64,000 bases of DNA, taken from assembly GCA_044376115.1 (NCBI GenBank), contig JBILLK010000006.1, positions 224,001-288,000 on the forward strand, read 5' to 3'. The DNA comes from Polyangiaceae bacterium (GTDB lineage: Bacteria; Myxococcota_A; Polyangia; Polyangiales; Polyangiaceae). Below, one piece after another: positions 40,457 to 49,777 of this stretch. The notes under the pieces are model-generated. The model was not told the origin of the DNA, did no database searches, and worked only from the letters and a program-made list of their open reading frames with translations. The translations under genes were made by a program, and so were the position numbers. Numbering within the stretch: the stretch's first letter is position 1; every line of letters starts with the position of its first letter.

Positions 40457-41076
40457 TGATGGATCCGCGCGCTCTCATGCACGGCTCCGTGGCGGTGGTC
40501 GCCCTTGCCGCAAGCCTGCTCGGTTGGGTCTCCGAACCTTCCCATGTCTGCGACGTTGGTCACGAAGCTCACGACGCTCCAGCTGCAGCTCACAAGCGCG
40601 GCCGCTTCGAGGTGCTCTCCGACGTGGCGCTGTCGCAGAACGTGACCGAGAAGCTCAACCTCGTCGCCGAACGTTACAAGCGCCGCACCGGCAAGACCTT
40701 CATCGTTACCAGCGGCACGCGCGATCCGGTTAGCCAGGCGGAGCTGATTCACGACAAGCTCAGCGCCGGCGACGATCTGATGAAGCTCTACAAAGACAAG
40801 GCCGCCGTGGCGGAGCTCGTGCAGATCTACAACGCGGGCCAGGCCGCCAAGAAGTCGCGCGCCATCATCGTCTCCTCGATCGCCACGGCGATTCGTGGGC
40901 AAATCAAGAAGGGCGTGTTCATCTCGGCCCACCTCAAGGCCGGCGCCGCGGACGTCCGCAGCACCAACATGTCAGCCTCGGAGAAGCGCGCGTTCGTCGA
41001 CGCAGTGCGCGAGGCCGGCGGCTTCGACGTGATGTTCGAATCCACGCCGCCTCACTTTCACCTGCAGCTCGACTGA
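40456..41076 (+). CDS. Putative M15/LAS-type zinc peptidase
   Basis: VTSGTR...QA, SAHL..GAADV (HxxxxxxD), C-terminal HFH, N-terminal hydrophobic segment. Confidence 0.65.
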   Translation: MMDPRALMHGSVAVVALAASLLGWVSEPSHVCDVGHEAHDAPAAAHKRGRFEVLSDVALSQNVTEKLNLVAERYKRRTGKTFIVTSGTRDPVSQAELIHDKLSAGDDLMKLYKDKAAVAELVQIYNAGQAAKKSRAIIVSSIATAIRGQIKKGVFISAHLKAGAADVRSTNMSASEKRAFVDAVREAGGFDVMFESTPPHFHLQLD

Positions 41077-41079
41077 CGC

Positions 41080-41778
41080 TCAGTTCAGCCCGACGTAGAG
41101 GTTCTGGACGTCATCATCTTCGTCCAGCGCCTCCAAGAAGGCCTCGACCTCGGCTCGCTGCTCTCCTTCGAGCGCCACCGGGTTCTTGGGCTTCCAGATC
41201 AGCTTGGCCGAGGAGACGCTCCATTTGCGATCGCCCAGGGCCTTGCCGACGATCCCGAGATCACCCGGATCGCTGAAGAAGCGCGTGGTGCCGTCCGCAT
41301 CCGACTCCACTTCTTGCGCGCCGCACTCGATCGCGGCCTCTTCAGCGTCGACTCCGGCTCCCGGCGGCGTAGCCTCGACTTCGCCGACGCGCTCGAAATC
41401 CCAGGAGACCGAGCCGCTTGCGCCCAGTTGGCCCTTGCGAAAGAGCAGTCGCACGTTGGACGAGGTGCGGTTGCGGTTGTCGGTGAGACACTCGACGATC
41501 ACCGGGACCTGGTGCGGCGCAAAGCCTTCGTAGACGACGGTCTCGAATTGAACGCCTTCATCCAAGAGCCCAGCGCCCTTCTTGATCGCGCGCTCGAGGG
41601 TCTCTTTGGTCATCGAGGCCTTTTTGGCCGCTTCCACCGCCATCCGGAGCGCGGGATTCAAGCTTGGATCAGCGCCGTTGCGCGCGGCGACCATGATCTC
41701 CTTCGCGAGCTTGCTGAACACGCGCCCTTTGGCGTTCGCCGAAGCCTCGCGACCCTTCTGTTTCCACTGTGCACCCAT
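41080..41778 (-). CDS. YebC/PmpR-family protein
   Basis: [38 protein letters not shown]. Confidence 0.93.
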   Translation of the reverse strand: MGAQWKQKGREASANAKGRVFSKLAKEIMVAARNGADPSLNPALRMAVEAAKKASMTKETLERAIKKGAGLLDEGVQFETVVYEGFAPHQVPVIVECLTDNRNRTSSNVRLLFRKGQLGASGSVSWDFERVGEVEATPPGAGVDAEEAAIECGAQEVESDADGTTRFFSDPGDLGIVGKALGDRKWSVSSAKLIWKPKNPVALEGEQRAEVEAFLEALDEDDDVQNLYVGLN

Positions 41779-41972
41779 GGCAGGAGCCCATAGCGCACTT
41801 CGGTCATGGCTGAGAAGCGTCCAAAGCCCCACAAGCCCGAGATCGAGCGTGCGTTGGCCAGGAGAGGCTGCGTGTGTGCGGCCGGCCACAGCGTGGGTCT
41901 GGCCCGCCGCGCGCCAGCTTCAGGCGGGGAAAGGACGGGGCGGGTTGCGGCCAAAAGCCGGCCTCCAGAGGG

Positions 41973-41988
41973 CGGCACGCCCTGTGCT
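41973..41988 (+). promoter_or_regulatory. Putative sigma-54 promoter
   Basis: CGGCAC-GCCCT-GTGCT with GG at 41974-75 and GC at 41986-87. Confidence 0.5.
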
Positions 41989-41999
41989 GAGGAGTCGGT

Positions 42000-43907
42000 A
42001 TGGCACACGGTTCGGCTGGTCGGTCGTCTCAACAAGGTCCAAGTTCATTTTGTTTTGCGCAACGACTCACAGGGGCTCGCCTGCTCACCGCCGCGTTCTT
42101 GACGCTCGCTGGTGCCGCTTGTGACCGCGACAGCGAATCGTCGGTCCCGGCGAGGACGTCGACCGTTCCCGTCGCCAGTACGACCAGCGACGTTGCTCCC
42201 GAAGTGACCGTCGCAGAGAAGCGCTCGTTTGCGCCCTCGAAGAAGGACTGCGAAACGGTGGCGGTGTTCGCCGAGGGCGAAACGCGCGGTTCGCTGTGTG
42301 TGGAGGACGTCGCCAAAGAAGGTCTCACCGTCGTCGACCTCGCTGACAGCTGGACCCCGCGCGTATTCATGCCCGATCCGCAGACCAAATCGGCGCCGGA
42401 GTACCGCCAAAAGTACCTCGAACTCGCCGGCTCGGAGAACGCCGATCTCGGGTTGAACGGCATCGCCAACAACGTGTCGCTGACCGCCCGCCGCCTGGTC
42501 GATGAGAAGCGGCACAGCTGCAACGCCGCGATTGAGCGCAAGCCGCTGGTCGAGCTCGCGGCAGCGACTTCGGCCGCAGCCAACGAGAAGGCTCGAGCTG
42601 CCTTGCTCAAGCAGCCGCAGGCGCGCGACGCGATCAAGGTGATTCAGTCCGAGCTCGTGTGCGCCGGCTTCCTCAAATCGAGCCAGGTTAGCGGTGTACT
42701 TACGCAAGCGACCCACGCCGCGCTCGAGGCCTTTCGCCGCAGAAACATGATCGTCGGAAGCGGGCTCGACAACGATACGCTCGCGGCCCTCGCCCTCGGC
42801 GGCGAAGAGCTCGCCTTTCGCGCGCTCCTGCGTGGAGTTCGCGAGCGCGTCGCTGAGGCCGCCGGCCTGATCGAGGATGGCACCGCCTCGGAGACCCGCG
42901 AGCTGGTGGTGGACCGCGCCATCGACCTCACACGCTTTGCGCCGCTGACCGAGGAGGCGCTGAAGAACGGTGCTCCCGACCTCGTCGACCGCGCTACCGA
43001 CCGCGCCGCGCGCGAGCTCGGTTGGGTCAGCCCGGAGTCCGCCCGTTCGTTCCTGGCCGCTCAGAGCAAACAGGAACTCGCGACCTTGCGCGTGGCCGTC
43101 GCGCTGCCGCAAGCTCCCGCCTATCACAGCGATGCGATGGAGCTGCGCGTCGAGGTGGACCGTGGCGACGTATTCCACGGCACTCCCAGTGAAGCTGCGT
43201 TGGCTCGGCGCAAGGCCGGCATCGCTCGTCCACCGACCTTCGTCGTCTACGCCAAAGACGGTGACAAGGAAGTCGCGTTGATTCGTTGGGCGACGACCAT
43301 CGGCGGCTGGAAGAAGGAGCGCCAAGAGGACGGCGAGATTGGGCTCAAGTACAAGGCCAGCGACGTCGGTGATCGCGTCTGGCGTCAAATCATCGCCGCA
43401 CCGGCTTGGATGCCGCCGGAGTCAACGCCCGAGACGGATCTCTTGCATGAGGACAAAGAAGGCAACGTTGCGTTGAAGCGCGACCTGATTCAACCCGGCT
43501 ATCGCAACGCCTACGGCCTGGTCATGCTGATTCACCACGAAGAGGTGACGCGAGGCGGAAAGACCAGCTACCTCGATCATGGCATTCGTACGCACGGCTC
43601 GGTGGACTACCGGTCGATCAAAAAGGGTACGAGCCACGGCTGCCATCGCCTTTACAACCAGCTCGCGTTGCGACTGAGCGGCTTTCTGCTCGACCACCGT
43701 ACGAGCGTGCGTCGCGGCAAGATGAAGACCGAGTATCGCCGCACGCTGCTGTGGAACGAGCAGACGGTCGAGGTGGAGGTCCCCACGCGCGGTTACCTGT
43801 TCGAGCTCAACCCTCCGGTGCCGGTGAGGGTGCTCGAGGGCAGCATCTCGGGCGACAAGCAGAGCCCCATTTCGATGTTGCCGGTCGACGAACCGAAGAA
43901 GGGCTAA
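42000..43907 (+). CDS. L,D-transpeptidase (YkuD-type) lipoprotein with peptidoglycan-binding-like domain
   Basis: Lipobox GAAC, IQ.EL...G.L...T.AAL.AF segment, IRTHGS...SHGCHRL catalytic motif. Confidence 0.8.
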   Translation: MAHGSAGRSSQQGPSSFCFAQRLTGARLLTAAFLTLAGAACDRDSESSVPARTSTVPVASTTSDVAPEVTVAEKRSFAPSKKDCETVAVFAEGETRGSLCVEDVAKEGLTVVDLADSWTPRVFMPDPQTKSAPEYRQKYLELAGSENADLGLNGIANNVSLTARRLVDEKRHSCNAAIERKPLVELAAATSAAANEKARAALLKQPQARDAIKVIQSELVCAGFLKSSQVSGVLTQATHAALEAFRRRNMIVGSGLDNDTLAALALGGEELAFRALLRGVRERVAEAAGLIEDGTASETRELVVDRAIDLTRFAPLTEEALKNGAPDLVDRATDRAARELGWVSPESARSFLAAQSKQELATLRVAVALPQAPAYHSDAMELRVEVDRGDVFHGTPSEAALARRKAGIARPPTFVVYAKDGDKEVALIRWATTIGGWKKERQEDGEIGLKYKASDVGDRVWRQIIAAPAWMPPESTPETDLLHEDKEGNVALKRDLIQPGYRNAYGLVMLIHHEEVTRGGKTSYLDHGIRTHGSVDYRSIKKGTSHGCHRLYNQLALRLSGFLLDHRTSVRRGKMKTEYRRTLLWNEQTVEVEVPTRGYLFELNPPVPVRVLEGSISGDKQSPISMLPVDEPKKG

Positions 43908-43928
43908 CGCGAGCAGCTCGTTGCTGCG

Positions 43929-46331
43929 ATGGGGGCACCTCGAGACTACACTCGCCGCGTGGAGTTCGAGATCGATGAAGAGACGACGCACGGGGACGGG
44001 GTGCGGCGGTCGCAACTTGAACTTTCACCGCAGCTCGTAGCCGGACGTTACGAGCTGCGAGCGTTGCTCGGAACGGGGGGAATGGGCAGCGTCTACCGCG
44101 TCTTCGACCGCGAGCTCGAGGAGGTGGTGGCGCTCAAGATGATCCGCCGCGACCTGCTCGGTAAGGCGGAGATGGTCGAACGATTCCGCCGCGAAGTCAG
44201 GCTGTCGCGGCGAGTAACTCATCGTAACGTCGCGCGCGTCTTCGACATCGGAGGGGCGGCCGGTGAGCGATTCTTCACGATGGAGTTCGTCGCTGGGCGC
44301 AGCCTCGGGTCGGCGTTGGAGCAGGCACGCTTGCCGGTGGGCGAGGTCCTGCGCATCGGGCGAGATCTCGCCCTCGGTCTCGCTGCCGCTCACGCCGTTG
44401 GCGTGGTCCATCGAGATCTGAAGCCCGACAACGTGATCGTCGCGCAGGACGGGCGGGCTGTGATCACCGACTTCGGGATCGCGCGCTCGCTCGAGCTTCC
44501 GCCCAGCGAAGATTCGCTCTCGGGGTCTTGGCTTGGCACCCCGGTCTACTTGTCGCCGGAGGTCGTGGTCGGCGGCGTCGCCGATGAGCGCAGCGATTTG
44601 TTTGCGTTGGGCGTGATGTTGTTCGAGGCGCTTACCGGCCGTCTACCGTGGGACGGAACCGATTTCGAGACGGTGGCCGCGCGGCTCGAGCTGCCCGCTA
44701 TGGACCCGCGCGACTTCAACGCCGTCGTCCCGGTCGAGTGTGCCCGGGCTCTGCTCGAATGCATGGCTCGGATGCCCGAGGATCGCCCGGGCTCCGCCGA
44801 GCGGATCGCGGCCGTGTTCGCGACCTGCGCCGACAGCTTCAAGGACCCTTCGCTGCGCGCGACGTTGCCGATGATCGCGTCGCCCACTTCGAGCGGCTTT
44901 GCGGTAGAGCGGCCACCCCCCAGCATCGCCAAAGCCGTCAGCGGCTTTCGAACCGTAGCCGTGCTGCCCTTCGAGGATGCTGGGAACGAGCAGGCGGGCT
45001 ACCTCTCGGAGGGCGTTACCGAGGCGTTGATCCTCGCATTGGGGCGGGCACCATCGCTCGCGGTGCGCCCTCGCGGGCGCGTGCTTCCGTTCAGGAAGAC
45101 CGGTCTCTTACCGCTCGAGCTCGGGCATCGTTTGGACGCAGAAGCGCTCGTGTTTGGCGCCGTGGTGAGCGACACCGCGCTTGCGCGCGTGGGGCTTCGC
45201 GTGATCGATTCGAATGAAGGCTTTCTGCTTTGGTCAGGCCACTTCGAGCGGCCGATCGATCAGCTGTTTCCGCTCATTCATGAGCTGGCCGCGGCGGTAA
45301 CGAACGTACTCTCGTCGGGCCGCCCTGCGCCCTGCGTTGAATCCAACGCGGCCGGTCTAACGGAGTTGCTGCTGCAGGCGCGGTACGCGTACCACTCCTT
45401 CTGGGAGCGGGACTCCACGCGAGCCGTCGCCTTTTTCGAGCAGGCTTTGCAGCTGGCCCCCGAGGATCCACGGGTGATCGCGGGGCACGCGCTGGCCTGT
45501 TTGCGCCTGAGCTTCTTCACCGGTGACGCGCTGGATCAAGTCCGCGCCGCTGTTGCCCACGCCGACAAGGTCGCTCCCAACCTTCCGGAAACGCTTTTGG
45601 CTCGGGCCTCGCTGCTGGTTCAAGAGAGCAAGCCGGTCGCGGCCGTGCTCGAGCTGTTGCGCGCGCTCGAACAGGCTCCGGATCTCGCCGAGGCCAACTG
45701 GCTGCTCGGCCGGCTGCTGCTCGAGTCGGACGCCGTGGAGCTGGCCGCGCGCCGCCTCGAATGGGCTCTCGCGATCGAGCCGGCGCTGACGGTTGCCCGT
45801 CGAGATTTGGCTCGGGCGCACGCGCTCTTGGGGCAGTGGCAGGAGGTTGAGCAGGTCGCTGCGAGCGAGCCCGATGCGACGCAGGTTGGCCCCTGGCTCG
45901 ACCGCGCCCGCTACGCGATGTGGAAACGTGACCCCGCCTTGGCCCGCCTTCATCTTTCGGCGCTGCCGAGCCCGACGGGGGCGACCGATGGCCCCCTCGA
46001 GATTGCCCGGGCCCTTTTGGCGATGGTGGCCGAGGCACGCTCACCGTTCCACGAGCCCGCGCTTCACGACTTCGTATTGAAAGCGCGAGGCACGCCGCGG
46101 CGCGGCGCGTTTGCTGCCCAAATCGAAGCGGAGCTGCACGCCTTTGGTGGGGCTCGCGAGGACGCCTTGCGCGCGATCAAGGCCGCGCTGCACGCGGGCT
46201 TGACCGATCTCTCTTGGCTCGAGCGTTGTCCGCTCTTCAACGACCTGCGCGAGGATGAGGCCTTTCAAAGGGCGCGGCTGGAAGTCGGGCTCGTAGCGGC
46301 TCCGGTTCGTGAGGCCATCGTGGGAGCGTGA
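43929..46331 (+). CDS. Ser/Thr kinase with TolB-N-like and TPR domains
   Basis: LGTGGMG, HRDLKPDN, DFG, GTPVYLSPE, VAVLPF...YLSEG.TE, TPR helices. Confidence 0.92.
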   Translation: MGAPRDYTRRVEFEIDEETTHGDGVRRSQLELSPQLVAGRYELRALLGTGGMGSVYRVFDRELEEVVALKMIRRDLLGKAEMVERFRREVRLSRRVTHRNVARVFDIGGAAGERFFTMEFVAGRSLGSALEQARLPVGEVLRIGRDLALGLAAAHAVGVVHRDLKPDNVIVAQDGRAVITDFGIARSLELPPSEDSLSGSWLGTPVYLSPEVVVGGVADERSDLFALGVMLFEALTGRLPWDGTDFETVAARLELPAMDPRDFNAVVPVECARALLECMARMPEDRPGSAERIAAVFATCADSFKDPSLRATLPMIASPTSSGFAVERPPPSIAKAVSGFRTVAVLPFEDAGNEQAGYLSEGVTEALILALGRAPSLAVRPRGRVLPFRKTGLLPLELGHRLDAEALVFGAVVSDTALARVGLRVIDSNEGFLLWSGHFERPIDQLFPLIHELAAAVTNVLSSGRPAPCVESNAAGLTELLLQARYAYHSFWERDSTRAVAFFEQALQLAPEDPRVIAGHALACLRLSFFTGDALDQVRAAVAHADKVAPNLPETLLARASLLVQESKPVAAVLELLRALEQAPDLAEANWLLGRLLLESDAVELAARRLEWALAIEPALTVARRDLARAHALLGQWQEVEQVAASEPDATQVGPWLDRARYAMWKRDPALARLHLSALPSPTGATDGPLEIARALLAMVAEARSPFHEPALHDFVLKARGTPRRGAFAAQIEAELHAFGGAREDALRAIKAALHAGLTDLSWLERCPLFNDLREDEAFQRARLEVGLVAAPVREAIVGA

Positions 46332-46392
46332 ACGCGCTCAGCAACGTCTGTTTTCGCGTGACTGACCGCTCGGTTGCGCTACCGTCCGCGCC

Positions 46393-46887
46393 ATGATCAA
46401 CATCGGCGACACGCTTCCTGACGCTTCCCTCACTGAGTCGCTCGAGTTCGGCGACGCCTGCCCCCTCCCGCCCCAGAAGCTCAGCGTGGCTGAGCTTACC
46501 AAGGGCAAAACGATCGCCATCTTCGGCCTCCCCGGCGCCTACACGCCCACGTGCTCTGGCCAGCACGTGCCGGGTTATCTCGCCAATCATGACGCGCTCA
46601 AAGCCAAGGGCGTCGACGAGATCTGGTGTGTCTCGGTCAACGACGGCTTCGTGATGGCGGCCTGGGGTCGTGATCAGAAGGCCATCGGCAAGATTCGCTT
46701 TCTTGGGGACGGCTCGGCTGAGTTCGCCAAGAAGCTCGGTCTCGACATCGACATCCCGGGCATGGGCGTTCGCGTTAAGCGCTTCTCGCTGCTCGCCAAA
46801 GACGGCGTGGTCAAGCAGCTCAACATTGAAGGCCCCGGCAAATTCGAGGTCTCCAACGCGGAAACCATGCTGGGTCAATTGGGCTGA
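46393..46887 (+). CDS. Peroxiredoxin, Prx5-like
   Basis: FGLPGAYTPTCS..HVPGY, SVNDGFVM.AW, DGSAEF. Confidence 0.95.
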   Translation: MINIGDTLPDASLTESLEFGDACPLPPQKLSVAELTKGKTIAIFGLPGAYTPTCSGQHVPGYLANHDALKAKGVDEIWCVSVNDGFVMAAWGRDQKAIGKIRFLGDGSAEFAKKLGLDIDIPGMGVRVKRFSLLAKDGVVKQLNIEGPGKFEVSNAETMLGQLG

Positions 46888-46909
46888 GCAGGGTCAATTA
46901 GGCTGAGCA
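46872..46909 (+). repeat. 19-bp tandem duplication of the peroxiredoxin 3' end
   Basis: GGGTCAATTGGGCTGAGCA followed by GGGTCAATTAGGCTGAGCA, one mismatch. Confidence 0.85.
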
Positions 46910-46930
46910 CGCTCGCTTCAGCGGCGTCGT

Positions 46931-46971
46931 AACAATGCTCGGGAGCGCTCACGCGCTGCCCGAGCATTGTT
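46931..46971 (+). terminator. Probable intrinsic terminator hairpin
   Basis: AACAATGCTCGGG/CCCGAGCATTGTT 13-bp stem, extended by AGCGC/GCGCT, followed by CTTT. Confidence 0.7.
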
Positions 46972-47001
46972 CTTTCGAATCCGCCAACGTATGTACCAAA
47001 C

Positions 47002-47508
47002 ATGAACTACGTTCGCTTTGTCTCGGTCCTTGCGGTTTCATTGCTCGCTTGCGGAGACAGCTCCGGGTCGGGAGCGAGCGCAACCGGCGCAGCCGGCGGT
47101 GGTGGCAGCGATAGCGGCGGAGCAGGCGGCACCGGAGCCGGCGGTGCGGACTCGGGTGGCGGCGGCGCTTCAGGAGGCGCGGGTGCAGTAGGGAACTCGG
47201 GCGGAGGTGGAGCCGGCGCCGGCGGAGCCTGCTTCGACCCTGGCCCGCTCGAGTTCGCCCCTGCGATGGGGAACCCGGAGTGCCTCACGTTCGAATCGGC
47301 CAGCGCGCTGTGTGGCTTCTCTTCCGGCAACGAGGTCTGCGACTTCGCCGTGGCCTGCGGCATCACCTCAGACGTCGGCCAGTGTCAGATCAACTGTGAG
47401 CAAGGCTCGGCTTCATTCTGCAATAGCCCGGAGATGGTCGATTGCTTGATCGCGAGCGTATGTGCAGAGGATTGTGATGCAGCCGCTGCTTGCGGCGTAA
47501 TTCTCTGA
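47002..47508 (+). CDS. Small Gly-linker, Cys-rich lipoprotein
   Basis: Lipobox LLAC, Gly-rich spacer, Cys-rich C-terminal domain. Confidence 0.75.
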   Translation: MNYVRFVSVLAVSLLACGDSSGSGASATGAAGGGGSDSGGAGGTGAGGADSGGGGASGGAGAVGNSGGGGAGAGGACFDPGPLEFAPAMGNPECLTFESASALCGFSSGNEVCDFAVACGITSDVGQCQINCEQGSASFCNSPEMVDCLIASVCAEDCDAAAACGVIL

Positions 47509-47509
47509 G

Positions 47510-49777
47510 CTAATCGACAATCGGAAGCCGGCGCGCTTCAGGTTTGGCCGGCGCGGCCGGCGCCGTTTTGGCCGCCACCCGCGGCAGCTCATCTTGGCTC
47601 CTTGCCTTTACGTAGTAAACGCTGCCCTGCGGTTCCACAGCCTCGAAGCCTTTGCCGTTCCAGATCGCACGCACCAACTGCTGTCCCCACTCGGAAGCCA
47701 CGGGCGTCACCACCACCGCACCCGTGCGCAACACCTGTCCGAGCGCCGGATCGAGCTCCTTGGCTGCGTAGCCGCAAACCACTGCGTCGAAGCCGCGCTC
47801 ATCCCCCAAGCAGGCTAATGCGGCCTTCAGGCACGCTTGCTCCTGCGCGTCTCCGGCGACAAGCTGCGCCCTGGGGTGCGCGACTCGGCGCCCCAACTCG
47901 ACCAGGGCCGGGTCGAGCTCGAGGCTCACGACGGTACCCGCTTCCCCCACCAATTCGCAGAGTAGGCTCGCCCCGTAGCCGGTCCCACCGCCAAGATCCA
48001 AGACCCGCATCCCGGGCTTGATCCCTGCGAGCGAGAACGTCTTTAGATAGGCGTGTAAAGCGCTGACCGTCGTCATGCCGGTCGAGTCGAGCGCGATCGC
48101 CTCGTCCTTGGCGCTCTCCTGTAAACAGTCGAGCGGAACGAACAGCTCGCGCCGAATGAGCGAAACAGCTCGCTTCAATGCGAGTACGAAAGGTGTCTCG
48201 CGCTCCTCTGCGGTGAGCTGCCGCTCGAGTACTTCGCCAAACGCTTGATCGCGTTCCTCGCGATAAAGCCGCTCGGCAAACTCATCCGCCAAGAGCTCGC
48301 TGCTAGCCTTCTGTCGTTTACCTGTGTATCGGTTCCAAGCGTAGTAGCGGGACGTGTAGTGAAGCTGCGTCTTGCGTTTGAATTGATCGATTTGCTCGTC
48401 AATCGCCAAGGTGAAGTAGTCCCGCGCCGGACCTTGGTAGACAAAGTTGTCGCGAATGCCCCTTAGGATAGGAGCATAAAGCTGCTCGGTGAGGGCGGCG
48501 CGGTGTCGATAGCTAAGCTCCGCCGAGGGATCCACCCACTCGGCGAGGAACTCCTGGTCACCGTCTTTCCACCACTCTGGACGGTGAAAGCGCGTGCCAA
48601 ATCGCCGCTCCCAATCGCCGCGCTCGTCGTCGATGGGTGAGCCGGGATAGAGCCTGAACGGGTCTACCGAGAGAAAGCCGGTGACTCCTCGCGGATCGAG
48701 AAAGAGCTGCTCGAGGTAGCGAGCCGAGGTGCGCATCGAGCTTTCGGTCTCGCCCGGATGCCCGACGATGACGTTGGCGCCCCAGGCCACGCCGAGTTCG
48801 CGGGCTCGCTGGGAGACATGCAACATCTTATCGAGATAGTCGTGTAGTCGACCTGCTTTTCGGATCGTCGCTAGCTGCTCTGGGTCTCCCGACTCGAGCC
48901 CGAAGCCGAGCGCACAGTTCGCCGCGCCGAACAGCTCCAAGTCTTCATCGTCGATCATGTCGACGCGCACCAGCAGCCAGAACTTGCGCGCCGGTAGCGA
49001 CAACTTCGCCAGCTCCTTGAGGAACTCCCGCCGCCACTTCTTGCGCATGCCAAACAGCGCGTCAGCAAAGTAGACCGTCAGCCCGGTGAGATCGAAGTAA
49101 GCGTGTGCGCGCTGAACTTCATCGAGGGCGCGCGAGACCGAGAGCGGGCGCCAGCTCACTTCGCGCTTGGCGCGCTCCATACAAAAGGCGCAATCAAAGG
49201 GGCAGCCTCGCGAAAGATAGAGCTCAATCTGGCTAGCGAAGCGACGTAGGTGCGGCTTGTAGCGATCGAGGAAGCTCCAGTCGCTGGGTGCGAGCTCTGC
49301 CAGGTCTTCCACTGGGTCGGAGCTCAAGATGGTTTGACGCATCGGACTGTTGCGCTGCACCGACTCGACCACTTTGCGCAGCCCATGTTCGCCCTCGCCC
49401 ACGATGGCCACATCGAAGGGAGAGCCTTCTTCCATGAAGTCGGTCGGGCGTGCGCTCACGTGATAGCCGCCCGCTACGAACGTCGCCTCCGGCAGCAGCG
49501 TGCGAGCGACCGTCGCGATGGCTTCCAGCTTCAGAAAGTCGAAGCTCGAATAGACACTAAAACCGACGACGTCATAGCCCTTCCCATCGGGGCCCTTGAA
49601 CACCGCGCGCAGGTCCACAGCGCCAAGTGCGCGCTCAGCGTAGAGATCGACGATCGTCACCTGGGCGCCGGTGGTCGCCCGCAGGTAACTAGCCAACGTG
49701 ACCAACTGCGGACAGCCGAAGTTGCCGGCGGCGGCGCCGTCTGTTCCCGGCCAAAGCAAAAGTACCTTCACGCTCAT
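47510..49777 (-). CDS. Cobalamin-dependent radical SAM protein fused to a PIMT/PCMT-like methyltransferase
   Basis: N-terminal B12-binding region (VVGFS, GGYH, VGEGE), SRGCPFDCAFC, FGLESG. C-terminal RELFVP...VLDLGGGTGY.ASLL.ELVG..G.VVSLE. Confidence 0.88.
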   Translation of the reverse strand: MSVKVLLLWPGTDGAAAGNFGCPQLVTLASYLRATTGAQVTIVDLYAERALGAVDLRAVFKGPDGKGYDVVGFSVYSSFDFLKLEAIATVARTLLPEATFVAGGYHVSARPTDFMEEGSPFDVAIVGEGEHGLRKVVESVQRNSPMRQTILSSDPVEDLAELAPSDWSFLDRYKPHLRRFASQIELYLSRGCPFDCAFCMERAKREVSWRPLSVSRALDEVQRAHAYFDLTGLTVYFADALFGMRKKWRREFLKELAKLSLPARKFWLLVRVDMIDDEDLELFGAANCALGFGLESGDPEQLATIRKAGRLHDYLDKMLHVSQRARELGVAWGANVIVGHPGETESSMRTSARYLEQLFLDPRGVTGFLSVDPFRLYPGSPIDDERGDWERRFGTRFHRPEWWKDGDQEFLAEWVDPSAELSYRHRAALTEQLYAPILRGIRDNFVYQGPARDYFTLAIDEQIDQFKRKTQLHYTSRYYAWNRYTGKRQKASSELLADEFAERLYREERDQAFGEVLERQLTAEERETPFVLALKRAVSLIRRELFVPLDCLQESAKDEAIALDSTGMTTVSALHAYLKTFSLAGIKPGMRVLDLGGGTGYGASLLCELVGEAGTVVSLELDPALVELGRRVAHPRAQLVAGDAQEQACLKAALACLGDERGFDAVVCGYAAKELDPALGQVLRTGAVVVTPVASEWGQQLVRAIWNGKGFEAVEPQGSVYYVKARSQDELPRVAAKTAPAAPAKPEARRLPIVD

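Noticed and set aside
42045..43388. 447-aa antisense ORF, and similar ones at 30226-31326, 19597-20562, 49835-50830 and 5969-6853
   Set aside because: They lie opposite or out of frame within well-supported genes and have no motifs. Such shadow ORFs are expected from high-GC codon bias.
47002..47508. Cys-rich protein as substrate of the radical SAM enzymes
   Set aside because: It is convergent rather than co-transcribed and is an exported lipoprotein like many others here. There is no supporting evidence, though it is not strictly excluded.
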